The translations under genes were made by a program, and so were the position numbers. This document shows positions 49,555 through 58,935 of a stretch of 64,000 nt of DNA, piece by piece. How positions within the stretch are numbered: the first letter of the stretch is position 1; every line of letters begins with the position of its first letter. Source of the stretch: Deltaproteobacteria bacterium RIFCSPLOWO2_12_FULL_60_19. GTDB taxonomy: Bacteria > Desulfobacterota > Binatia > UBA9968. Location of the stretch: the NCBI GenBank assembly GCA_001798595.1, contig MGSS01000014.1:20910-84909 (forward strand), written 5' to 3'. Below the pieces are notes generated by a model. That model ran no database searches. It saw nothing but the letters and a program-made list of their open reading frames with translations, and had not been told where the DNA came from.

Positions 49555-50145
49555 CTACTCGATCTTCCAGAGATAAATCGTATGGCGGTGGACGAGGCCG
49601 CCGGGGCGAATTTCGACTTTGTCGTGAATTTCAGTTCGGGCCGGCGGCCAGCCTTCGATGCCGTAGTCGTGAGCCACGATGCGAGAGCCGGGCTTCAGCA
49701 GCTTCTGAAAGCGCGGCCGCATCGCCTCGTTGAACCAGGGAAGCATGTAGAGAGTCACCACGGTGGCGGCGGAGATGTCAGTCTTGAGACCGTCTTCGAT
49801 CCGAAACTCGGCCAGGTGCTCGACGCCTTCTTCCTTCGCCTTTGCGCGCGCTTCCGCCACCAACCAAGAGTCCATCTCGATGCCGACGGCTTTGACGCCG
49901 TATTTCTTCGCCGCGCGGATCACAATGCGCCCGTCGCCGCTGCCGAGATCGTAGACCACGTCGCCCTTTTTAACTTCCGCAAGCTCCAGCATCCGATCGA
50001 CGACTTCGATCGGCGTGGGGACGAAGGGAATCTCGTCGATGGGCGAGGCGGCCCAAGCGCGGCCGGTCGTGAAGACGATCAGCAGACTCAGTGCGAACCA
50101 GCGACTGCGTTGGAATACTTTCCGACGTTTCTTTGTAGTATTCAT
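49555..50145 (-). CDS. Class I SAM-dependent methyltransferase with an N-terminal signal/anchor
   Basis: From ATG 50145: MNTTKKRRKVFQRSRWFALSLLIVFTTGRAWA, followed by motif I VVYDLGSGDGRIV. Confidence 0.75.
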   Translation of the reverse strand: MNTTKKRRKVFQRSRWFALSLLIVFTTGRAWAASPIDEIPFVPTPIEVVDRMLELAEVKKGDVVYDLGSGDGRIVIRAAKKYGVKAVGIEMDSWLVAEARAKAKEEGVEHLAEFRIEDGLKTDISAATVVTLYMLPWFNEAMRPRFQKLLKPGSRIVAHDYGIEGWPPARTEIHDKVEIRPGGLVHRHTIYLWKIE

Positions 50146-50258
50146 AGAAAGCGACTTCCGTTCGGGCAAGATATCAACGTAATCCCTTCCCGTCAATTTT
50201 AGCGTATTGTTTTTTCCGGCCGACAGGACTATACACAAATGGACAGCCTGGAAATTAC

Positions 50259-51569
50259 ATGAGTCAATCATCGCGCCCGCCGCTCTCTCTCCCTTTCTAT
50301 TACGGCTGGTTGGTCGTAGCGCTTAGCTTCCTCACCACGCTCACGGGCGCCGGCATCCGCTCTTCACCCGGCGTGCTGATCCATCCCTTCGAAATGGAGT
50401 TCGGCTGGAGCCGGACGGCCATCGCGTTTGCCGTGAGTATCAATTTGCTTCTCTTTGGCGTCGCGGCGCCGATCAGCGGGTGGCTGCTCGACCGCTTCGG
50501 GCCGCGCCGCGTGATGATGGGCAGCCTGTCATTCCTGGTTATTGGTGTCAGCGGGACCACGTTCATGACGGAATACTGGCAGCTGGTCCTTCTGTGGGGC
50601 GTCGTCGTCGGGCTGAGCGCCGGCGGGGTCGGATCGGTGCTTTCCGCCACCGTTGCGACCCGCTGGTTCGTGCAGCGCCGCGGGCTGATCTTGGGGATTC
50701 TCAACAGCGCCAGCTCCACCGGTCAGCTCATCTTCATTCCGCTCTTCATGCTGATGATCGTCACCCGCGGCTGGCGCGTCGGCTCATGGATTCTGGTCGC
50801 TGTCGCGCTCACGCTGATTCCGGTTATCTACCTATGGATGCGCGATGACCCGGCGGAGCTGGGGCTGGAACCCTACGGCATAAAGGAAGGGAGCGCTGCG
50901 GGCTCGCAGACGCTCGGCTCGCTGCGGGCGGCGGGCGGTGGGTCGGGCTCCGTGCCGCTCTCCGAAGTTTTTCGCTCATCCACTTTTTGGCTCCTGGCCG
51001 GCAGCTTTTTTGTCTGCGGGGGAACCGCGAACGGACTCGTCGGCACCCATCTCATTCCCCATTCCATCGATCACGGCATTCCGCAAGTTACCGCCGCCGC
51101 CACCGTCGGCGTCATGGGCGGGCTCAACTTCGTCGGGACGGTGCTCTCCGGCTGGATGACCGACCGGGTCGATCCGCGCAAGTGGCTTTCTATGGTTTAC
51201 GCGCTGCGCGGCCTGTCGCTATTCATCCTTCCCTTTGTCACGGACTTCTCGGGCCTGTTCATCTTCGCGGTCATCTACGGACTCGACTGGTTTGCCACCG
51301 TGCCGCCGACTATTGCTTTGACCGCGGACACCTTCGGCAGGCAATCGGTGGGAAAAATTTTCGGCTGGATTTTCCTCTCACACCAGGTCGGCGCGGCGCT
51401 TATGGCTGCCGGCGGAGGAGTCATTCGCGACTGGCTCGGCGACTACCAGATGGCCTTCCTCGCGGGCGGGAGCATCGCGCTGATCGCCGCGGGCCTGGCC
51501 TTGAAAATTCCCTCGCGGCGCGCCGCAGTTCCGGCGACGGCGGTGGCCACGGAAGTCACAAGCGCCTAG
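50259..51569 (+). CDS. MFS transporter (oxalate/formate antiporter-like)
   Basis: 436 aa with about 12 hydrophobic segments. It starts YYGWLVVALSFLTTLTGAGIRSS, which is typical of the OFA subfamily. Confidence 0.8.
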   Translation: MSQSSRPPLSLPFYYGWLVVALSFLTTLTGAGIRSSPGVLIHPFEMEFGWSRTAIAFAVSINLLLFGVAAPISGWLLDRFGPRRVMMGSLSFLVIGVSGTTFMTEYWQLVLLWGVVVGLSAGGVGSVLSATVATRWFVQRRGLILGILNSASSTGQLIFIPLFMLMIVTRGWRVGSWILVAVALTLIPVIYLWMRDDPAELGLEPYGIKEGSAAGSQTLGSLRAAGGGSGSVPLSEVFRSSTFWLLAGSFFVCGGTANGLVGTHLIPHSIDHGIPQVTAAATVGVMGGLNFVGTVLSGWMTDRVDPRKWLSMVYALRGLSLFILPFVTDFSGLFIFAVIYGLDWFATVPPTIALTADTFGRQSVGKIFGWIFLSHQVGAALMAAGGGVIRDWLGDYQMAFLAGGSIALIAAGLALKIPSRRAAVPATAVATEVTSA

Positions 51570-51575
51570 CAGGCC

Positions 51576-52259
51576 ATGGGGTCGGTCTCTATGGAGAATC
51601 AGGCGTTTGTCGATTCGGTCGTTCGTGAGATTGTTCAGCCCGGCGTGCAATCGCTCATGAATACCCGTTACTTCTCCGAGCTGAGGGAAGGCAAGCTGTC
51701 AAAGCGCAGGCTTCAGGGCTTCGCCATCCAGCACTACCTCCACAACGTCGCGCTCTGCAAAGGCCTGGTTCTCTGCATGGCGAAGAACGTCGCCAATCCC
51801 GATCTCTACGAGCATTTTCGCGAGCAGTTCAACGAAGAGCAGTACCATCCCGACCTGGCCAAGAACTTCGGCCTGGCCCTCGGCCTGAGTGAATCGGACT
51901 TTGAAAATGCGACGCCGGTCTTCGAGTGCCTCGCGCACACGAGCGCGGTGATCCGCGGCATGTTTCTGGGCTCTCCGGCGGAGACGCGCACCGGCGCGCT
52001 GGTCAACGAGAGCATGGTGTGCCGCTACTCGGAAGAGTTCGACGCCTCTCTCAGGAAACACTACGGGCTGGGCGACAAAGAGTGCCAGTTTTTCACCGTC
52101 CACAAGGCCGCCGACGTGGAGCACACCAAGGCGGCAGGCGAAGTCGTCGCACGCTACGCGACATCGCCCGAGCAGCAGCGGGCTGTGCGCGTGGCGGCGC
52201 ACAACATGGTGCGGTTTAAGATCGCCAAGTTCGAAGGGATTTACCAGGCCTACAGTTAG
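51576..52259 (+). CDS. TenA/PqqC-like heme-oxygenase-fold (iron-containing redox enzyme family) protein
   Basis: 227 aa, all-helical. The FAIQHYLH, NEEQYH and VHKAADVEH pattern is typical of the TenA_C/PqqC-like fold. Confidence 0.55.
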   Translation: MGSVSMENQAFVDSVVREIVQPGVQSLMNTRYFSELREGKLSKRRLQGFAIQHYLHNVALCKGLVLCMAKNVANPDLYEHFREQFNEEQYHPDLAKNFGLALGLSESDFENATPVFECLAHTSAVIRGMFLGSPAETRTGALVNESMVCRYSEEFDASLRKHYGLGDKECQFFTVHKAADVEHTKAAGEVVARYATSPEQQRAVRVAAHNMVRFKIAKFEGIYQAYS

Positions 52260-52268
52260 GTTCTGCAG

Positions 52269-52676
52269 TTAATCGGATTCCGTGAAATTGGACACGCGCC
52301 ACTGCCCGCCGTCTTTGCGCGTGACGATCAGCCAGCGCCGGCTGAATTCCGGCGCATCCTCAACGCGAATCGTCCCTTCGTAGAGAAAAGAGACCCGGCC
52401 TTCGCCTTCCTTTTTTTCCACCAGCCGGTAGCTCACCGACGGCTTGCGCGTCGAGGCGTCGATGACTTGTCCGGTAGTCAAGCGAATCTCTTCGTCGATC
52501 TTTTCCAGCGCGATGCTCACGGCGAACTCTTTCGCTTTTCTGAGATTGATGTGCACGTAGTGCTGATCGACGAATTCCTCCGCGACGCCCTGCGCGGTTT
52601 TCAGGTCCTTACCGCAACCGCCGAGCAGGAGAGTGACCACCGATGACAACAGCGCTACGACTCGAAAGCGTCTCAT
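52269..52676 (-). CDS. Lipoprotein, unknown function
   Basis: 135 aa with the signal and lipobox LLLGGC. Confidence 0.6.
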   Translation of the reverse strand: MRRFRVVALLSSVVTLLLGGCGKDLKTAQGVAEEFVDQHYVHINLRKAKEFAVSIALEKIDEEIRLTTGQVIDASTRKPSVSYRLVEKKEGEGRVSFLYEGTIRVEDAPEFSRRWLIVTRKDGGQWRVSNFTESD

Positions 52677-52683
52677 GGTTGTC

Positions 52684-53442
52684 TTATTTCAGGTTTTGCG
52701 TCAGCCAGCTGACGGATTCGTCCATCGCTTTTTGCAGGTGAGCCGGCTGCGACAGGCGGTGATCCGCGCCCCGTAGGATACCCAGCTTCTTCGGCTCTTT
52801 TAGCTCAGCATAAAGCTCATGCCCTTCCTCGACAGACACAGTGTCGTCCTGATCGCCGTGGATCACCAATGCCGGACAGGAGATCTTCCGCGCCGCTCCG
52901 GGCACATCGAGTTTCTCCAGGTCCTCGAGCAACGTCACGTTGAGCCGCCGGTCGTGATAGAGAATAAAGCCCGTCTCGCGCCACTGTCGCGCCTGTTCCG
53001 GTGTCAGCAGCCGCTCGGTGAATCTCTGAGGGTGCAAGGGCGCTGCGATCGTGACCAGGGCGTCCACGTTCATCTCTTGAGCGGCGAACAGCAGGGCGAC
53101 GGTGCCTCCCATGCTCGAGCCCAGAACGCCGATCTTCTTCGGTCGGCGCTTCGTTATGAAATCGAACGCCGCCCGCAAGTCCTCCGCCTCGCCGCTGTAA
53201 GTGATGTCTTCAAACCTGCCCTCCGACTCGCCCGAGCAGGCAAAATCGAACCGCAGCGCCACGAGTCCTCTGTCGGCTAGTTCCCGGCTCATCGCCACCA
53301 GCTTCTCGCTCTCCTTGTTCGACTCCATCCCGTGACAGAGAATCACCGCCGAGGCCACTTCGCTTCCGTCGGGATGATGCAGAACCCCCACGAGCCTCTG
53401 CCCGCGGGGGTTGGGGAAGGTGGTTCGCTCTTCACGTGGCAT
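52684..53442 (-). CDS. Alpha/beta hydrolase
   Basis: 252 aa with a GSSMGG nucleophile elbow and HG..D...D/H in the C-terminal part. Confidence 0.8.
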   Translation of the reverse strand: MPREERTTFPNPRGQRLVGVLHHPDGSEVASAVILCHGMESNKESEKLVAMSRELADRGLVALRFDFACSGESEGRFEDITYSGEAEDLRAAFDFITKRRPKKIGVLGSSMGGTVALLFAAQEMNVDALVTIAAPLHPQRFTERLLTPEQARQWRETGFILYHDRRLNVTLLEDLEKLDVPGAARKISCPALVIHGDQDDTVSVEEGHELYAELKEPKKLGILRGADHRLSQPAHLQKAMDESVSWLTQNLK

Positions 53443-53589
53443 AACTGAGCAAAAAAACTCCTAAACCGACCCTACCGGCGGTTTTTATTTTTTTCTGAGC
53501 GCGTTTTATCGAGGAAAGCGATGGCGCGAGGTTTGTACCCTGTCACAATGCAACACATCATAGTGGCATTTTGACAGATTGAAAAGGGG

Positions 53590-53875
53590 CCTCTTGAATC
53601 TGTTCGGGTCAATTTCCCGCAGCTTGCTGCGCCGCGATTCAGGCGTAGGATGGGTTGAGCGTTAGCGAAACCCATCGTTGTCGGTGGTGGGTTTCGGCGC
53701 GATGCGACTCTACCCACCCTACGAGATCGCCAGGTCTGTCCTTCCCGCATGCTTTTAGCGGGAATCCAGGCGAGGTCGGGACTGGACCCCCGATAAAAAC
53801 ATTCGGGGGTGATGGCTCTGGGATAAATTCTCATCAACGTTTTTTGATACCCCGCAGCTTGCTGCGGGGTAGTTC
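53590..53875. repeat. Cluster of short unrelated palindromic units (BIME-like mosaic)
   Basis: The units are: cgtaggatgggtt...aacccatcg; ggtgggtt...tacccaccctacg; tcccgcatgcttttagcggga; cccccgataaaaacattcggggg; accccgcagcttgctgcggggt. There is also a degenerate copy, cccgcagcttgctgcg, at 53616. Confidence 0.75.
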
Positions 53876-53876
53876 A

Positions 53877-53905
53877 TTGACATCTTGATGCCACGCTGAT
53901 ACATT
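53877..53905 (+). promoter_or_regulatory. Candidate sigma70-type promoter of vapBC (TTGACA-17-TACATT)
   Basis: ttgaca (53877-53882), a 17-nt spacer, then tacatt (53900-53905). The vapB ATG is at 53913, which implies a near-leaderless transcript. Confidence 0.35.
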
Positions 53906-53912
53906 TTGATGC

Positions 53913-54146
53913 ATGAGTAGAACCACGCTGGCGATAGACGATGACCTTCTGCGCGAACTGAAGAAAAGGGCTGCAGAGGAGGGCCGCACAGTCCAGGCAG
54001 TGACGAACGATCTCATCAAGCAAGCCTTGAGGGTTCCGGAGCGGAAGGCCTTTACGCTTCGACTCGGGGGTTGGGAGGCGACGGAGCAGCCGGGCGTCGA
54101 CCTACTGGATCGCGACAAACTCTTCGACCTCATGAACGGGCGCTAG
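53913..54146 (+). CDS. vapB: Ribbon-helix-helix antitoxin, VapB type
   Basis: MSRTTLAIDDDLLRELKKRAAEEGRTVQAV is an RHH N-terminus. The gene lies directly upstream of a PIN gene. Confidence 0.75.
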   Translation: MSRTTLAIDDDLLRELKKRAAEEGRTVQAVTNDLIKQALRVPERKAFTLRLGGWEATEQPGVDLLDRDKLFDLMNGR

Positions 54147-54150
54147 CGAA

Positions 54151-54606
54151 TTGCGGGCCGTAGATACCAATATCTTGGTTTACGCCGAGATCGCATCGAG
54201 CCGCCACAACCAGAGGGCGCGCGAGCTTCTGCGGGAACTCGCGGAGGGGAGTTTGCCTTGGGCCATTCCCTGGCCCTGTATCTATGAGTTCTTGCGGGTC
54301 GTCACGCATCCCCGCGTCTTCCATCCGCCGGCTCCCCTCGAGATTGCGCTTGGCGACCTCAAAGCCGTTCTGGACTCGCCGTCGCTCCTTTTGCTTACCG
54401 AGACGCCCCGCCACTTCAAGATCATGGAAACTATCCTTCGAGATTCAGGCGTAACCGGAAATCTGATTCACGATGCCCACATCGCCGCCCTCTGTGTCGA
54501 ACATGGCGTAACCGAACTCCTGACCGGAGACCGCGATTTCTCCCGCTTCCGCGGACTAAAAATTATCGATCCTTTTGGCGCACCTGAAGGGCGCAAGCGG
54601 GACTAG
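54151..54606 (+). CDS. vapC: PIN-domain ribonuclease toxin VapC
   Basis: VDTNILVY, DAHIAALC and TGDRDF carry the acidic residues. The start is TTG. Confidence 0.8.
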   Translation: MRAVDTNILVYAEIASSRHNQRARELLRELAEGSLPWAIPWPCIYEFLRVVTHPRVFHPPAPLEIALGDLKAVLDSPSLLLLTETPRHFKIMETILRDSGVTGNLIHDAHIAALCVEHGVTELLTGDRDFSRFRGLKIIDPFGAPEGRKRD

Positions 54607-54663
54607 ATTCACAGCAGCCGGCGTAATGTGCTAGACTAAAACCGTATTCGGGAGTCGGGAAAC

Positions 54664-55572
54664 GTGGAGGATTTGGTTGACCAGTATGCGAGTTATCTCA
54701 AGTTGGAGCGGAACGTCTCGCCTCACACGCTCAGAAATTATCTAAGCGATCTCAGGCAGTTTGAGGGGTTTCTCCGCGACAAGGGGCTTTGTGTCGATTA
54801 CGACAAGAAGATCAAGTTCGAGGAAGTCGACGTCCATGTGGTGCGGGCCTATCTGGCGTTGCTGTCGAAGCGCAACCGGAAGAGTTCCATCGGGAGAAAG
54901 CTTGCGGCGCTTAAAGGCTTGTTCCGCTATCTCGTAAGAGAGAAGCAGCTCTCGCGCGATCCGTTGTCGTTCATCTCCACGCCGAAGCAGGAAAAGCCGC
55001 TGCCGAAGTTTCTCACGGTGGACGATGTCTTCCGGCTGCTCGGAGGTGTCCAGGGGAAGGGGACGTTGGACATTCGTGACCGCGCGGTTTTGGAAGTGCT
55101 CTACTCCACAGGCGTTCGGGTAAGCGAATTGGTCGGCCTCAACTGGGGCGACGTCGATTTTCGCCTGGGCATCATCCGTGTATTCGGTAAAGGATCGAAG
55201 GAACGAATTGTCCCGATCGGTGAAATCGCGCTTAAGACTCTTCGGGATTACGGTGACGAGCAGACGCGGCAATGGAAGCCGGCCGCCAAGGGAGAAGCGC
55301 CGGTCTTCTTGAATCATCGCGGAAAACGCATTACAACCCGTAGCGTTGCGCGGATCGTGGAGAAGCATTTGAAAATCGTGGGCATCCCGGTGCGCATGGG
55401 GCCGCACGGCCTGCGCCACACGTTCGCCACGCATCTCTTGAACGGCGGAGCGGATCTCCGTGCGATCCAGGAGCTGTTGGGCCACGCGAGCCTCTCGACG
55501 ACCCAGCGCTACACGCACGTGAATCTGGATCAGCTCACGGCGGTGTACGACCGCGCGCATCCGAGAGCGTGA
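54664..55572 (+). CDS. xerC: Tyrosine site-specific recombinase XerC/XerD type
   Basis: LERNVSPHTLRNYLSDL in the core-binding domain, plus HGLRHTFATHLL...GHASLSTTQRYTH. It sits in the conserved xerC-hslV-hslU context. Confidence 0.8.
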   Translation: MEDLVDQYASYLKLERNVSPHTLRNYLSDLRQFEGFLRDKGLCVDYDKKIKFEEVDVHVVRAYLALLSKRNRKSSIGRKLAALKGLFRYLVREKQLSRDPLSFISTPKQEKPLPKFLTVDDVFRLLGGVQGKGTLDIRDRAVLEVLYSTGVRVSELVGLNWGDVDFRLGIIRVFGKGSKERIVPIGEIALKTLRDYGDEQTRQWKPAAKGEAPVFLNHRGKRITTRSVARIVEKHLKIVGIPVRMGPHGLRHTFATHLLNGGADLRAIQELLGHASLSTTQRYTHVNLDQLTAVYDRAHPRA

Positions 55573-55637
55573 AGGAAGGCAAGAGGCAACAGTAAGGGCG
55601 ACCGGCCGGTCGCCCCTACATTTCGCCTAAAAGGATT

Positions 55638-56171
55638 ATGATGTTTCACGGTACAACCATATTGGCCGTCCGGCACAACGGGAAAGTCGTTGTCGTCGGC
55701 GACGGACAGGTGAGCCTGGGGCAGACGGTGATGAAGCACACCGCGCGCAAGGTGCGGAAGCTCTTCCACGACAAGGTCATCGCGGGCTTTGCCGGCGCGA
55801 CGGCGGACGCGTTCACGCTGTTCGAGAAGTTCGAGGCGAAGCTCGAACAGTTCAACGGCAACCTCAAGCGCGCCGCGGTGGAGCTGGCCAAAGACTGGCG
55901 CACGGATCGGGTGCTGCGCCGGCTCGACGCGCTGTTGATTATTGCGGACCTGGAGAATGCATTGGTAGTCTCCGGGAGCGGAGACGTGATAGAGCCGGAC
56001 GACGGCGCGATAGCAATCGGCTCCGGCGGAAATTACGCGCTCGCCGCGGCACGGGTGTTGATGAAGCACACTCAGCTCGACGCGCGCGCGATCGCCGAAG
56101 AGGCGATGCGGACGGCGGCGGCGATCTGCGTGTATACCAACGATCAACTAACGTTCGAGGAGCTTCCTTAG
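55638..56171 (+). CDS. hslV: ATP-dependent protease subunit HslV
   Basis: The start is [28 protein letters not shown], with a Thr nucleophile after the propeptide. Confidence 0.95.
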   Translation: MMFHGTTILAVRHNGKVVVVGDGQVSLGQTVMKHTARKVRKLFHDKVIAGFAGATADAFTLFEKFEAKLEQFNGNLKRAAVELAKDWRTDRVLRRLDALLIIADLENALVVSGSGDVIEPDDGAIAIGSGGNYALAAARVLMKHTQLDARAIAEEAMRTAAAICVYTNDQLTFEELP

Positions 56172-56297
56172 TGCTGGACCAACAAGCTTCGCCTAACTGC
56201 GTTAATCGCCCCACGGTCTCCCTGCGGCGTACTAGAGAAAGTACGCCTCAGTCGCCGCGGGGCTCGCGCCTTGTTATGCTCGCTTCTTGGCCCAGCA
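56172..56297. repeat. Nested palindrome inserted between hslV and hslU
   Basis: The outer arms are tgctggaccaacaag and cttcttggcccagca (13 of 15 complementary). The inner hairpin is ggcgtactagagaaagtacgcc. Confidence 0.6.
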
Positions 56298-56324
56298 GGT
56301 AGGCCGGAAGAGTTTAGACACACG

Positions 56325-57719
56325 ATGAAATACCTTAAGACAGAGCGGATACTGGAAACTGTGCCGGGGGATTCGCCGGCGCCGGTGATGACGCCGCGGG
56401 AGATCGTCTCGGAGCTGGACCGCTACATCGTGGGGCAGAAAGATGCGAAGCGGGCCGTGGCGATCGCGCTGCGCAACCGCTGGCGGCGCCAGCTCGTGCC
56501 GGAGGATTTGCGGGAGGAGATCGCGCCGAAAAATATCATCATGATCGGGCCGACCGGCGTGGGCAAGACCGAAATTTCGCGCCGGCTTGCCAAGCTCTCC
56601 CAGGCGCCGTTCATCAAAGTGGAAGCGTCCAAGTTTACCGAGGTGGGCTACGTTGGGCGCGACGTCGAGTCGATCATCCGCGATCTCACGGAGCTCGCGA
56701 TGAATATGGTCAAAGAGGAGGAAAAGCAGAAGGTCGAGCTGCGCGCGCGCGATCTGGCCGAAGAAAAGGTACTGGACCTCCTGCTGCCCCCGCTCCAGAT
56801 CGGCAAGCCGGAGTCGGATGCCGCCGAGATCGCGCGAGCCATGGGAACCAGGGAGAAGCTCAAGCGGATGCTGCGCGAGGGAAAGCTCGACGAGCGCTTC
56901 GTGGACATCGAGATGACACAGACGATCATGCCGATGATCGAGGTCATGACGCCGCAGGGCATGGAGGGAATGGAGTTCAACATCAAAGAGATGTTCTCCA
57001 ATCTCATGCCCAAAAGGACGAAGAAAAGAACCGTGAAAGTTCCGGAGGCGCTGGAGATCCTCACCCAGGAGGAGGCGAGCAAGCTGATCGACATGGACAA
57101 AGTCGTCTCCGAGGCGGTGCGCCGCGTAGAGCAATCCGGTATCGTCTTCATCGACGAGATCGACAAGATCGCGGGGCGGGAGTCCACGCACGGCCCCGAC
57201 GTTTCCCGCGAGGGAGTCCAACGCGACCTGCTGCCGATCGTGGAAGGCTCGACCGTCAACACGAAGTACGGGATGGTGAAAACCGATCACATCTTGTTCA
57301 TCGCTTCGGGCGCCTTTCACAGCACGAAGCCCTCGGACTTGATCCCCGAATTCCAGGGGCGCTTTCCGATCCGCGTGGAGCTCAACTCGCTCGGCAAGGA
57401 GGAATTCGTCCGCATCCTGACGGAGCCGAAGAACGCGTTGATCAAGCAATATATCGCCCTGTTGGAAACGGAGGGGATTCATCTGACGTTCGGCGACGAC
57501 GCCATTCTGGAAATCTCCCGCATCGCCGCGGACGTGAACGAGAGAATGGAAAACATCGGCGCGCGGCGCCTCCATACGGTGATGGAGAGATTGCTGGACG
57601 AGATTTCCTACTCCGCGCCGGAGATGAGCGGCAAGGAAGTGGCGATCGACGCCCAGTATGTCCGCGACCGGCTGAATCCGATTCTGAAGGACGAAGATCT
57701 GTCGCGGTATATTTTATAG
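56325..57719 (+). CDS. hslU: ATP-dependent protease ATPase subunit HslU
   Basis: [34 protein letters not shown] and the Walker A motif [10 protein letters not shown]. The start is uncertain: ATG 56325, or the internal Met of VMTPREIV. Confidence 0.9.
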   Translation: MKYLKTERILETVPGDSPAPVMTPREIVSELDRYIVGQKDAKRAVAIALRNRWRRQLVPEDLREEIAPKNIIMIGPTGVGKTEISRRLAKLSQAPFIKVEASKFTEVGYVGRDVESIIRDLTELAMNMVKEEEKQKVELRARDLAEEKVLDLLLPPLQIGKPESDAAEIARAMGTREKLKRMLREGKLDERFVDIEMTQTIMPMIEVMTPQGMEGMEFNIKEMFSNLMPKRTKKRTVKVPEALEILTQEEASKLIDMDKVVSEAVRRVEQSGIVFIDEIDKIAGRESTHGPDVSREGVQRDLLPIVEGSTVNTKYGMVKTDHILFIASGAFHSTKPSDLIPEFQGRFPIRVELNSLGKEEFVRILTEPKNALIKQYIALLETEGIHLTFGDDAILEISRIAADVNERMENIGARRLHTVMERLLDEISYSAPEMSGKEVAIDAQYVRDRLNPILKDEDLSRYIL

Positions 57720-57731
57720 CCGGCGGGTTGA

Positions 57732-58622
<891 letters not shown>

Positions 58623-58656
58623 CCGATGGCCGCTGAAAAAGGCCCATCTACCGTCA

Positions 58657-58794
58657 GCCCGCCTGGGAATCTCTCTCCGGGCCGATGCGATACGTCGATA
58701 TTACGCTGCTCCTAAGAGATGCGAGCAGCCAGGAGGTACGCTTGGTACACCTCGTCCCACGCATCGGCCCTTCGAGAGACCCCCAGGCGGGCGG
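58657..58794. repeat. Nested palindromic element, family 2, copy c (shared outer arms, different inner module)
   Basis: The outer arms are gcccgcctgggaatctctctccggg and cccttcgagagacccccaggcgggcgg. The inner hairpin is ccgatgcg...cgcatcgg. Confidence 0.8.
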
Positions 58795-58935
58795 TAGTGA
58801 TGGTTGCGCTTCGAAACGCCTCGCTCGACGCACTGCAAAGAGTACGCCTGCGCTCGTAGGTTTCTCGCGCGCCTTGTGGCTATCTCAACTTGGACCTTTT
58901 TGACCGGCCTAAAAAGAATTTGCTAAGTTGATTCT

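Noticed and set aside
53465-53500. Terminator-like aaaccg-N10-cggttt followed by a T-run
   Set aside because: It is oriented for plus-strand transcription, but no plus-strand gene ends upstream of it. The adjacent gene is on the minus strand and starts here. The stem is also weak (6 bp).
54664-55572. Tyrosine recombinase as a marker of an integrated mobile element bordering the TA patch
   Set aside because: It sits in the widely conserved xerC-hslV-hslU arrangement and has XerC/D-type motifs. It is most likely the housekeeping chromosome-dimer resolvase, not an island integrase.
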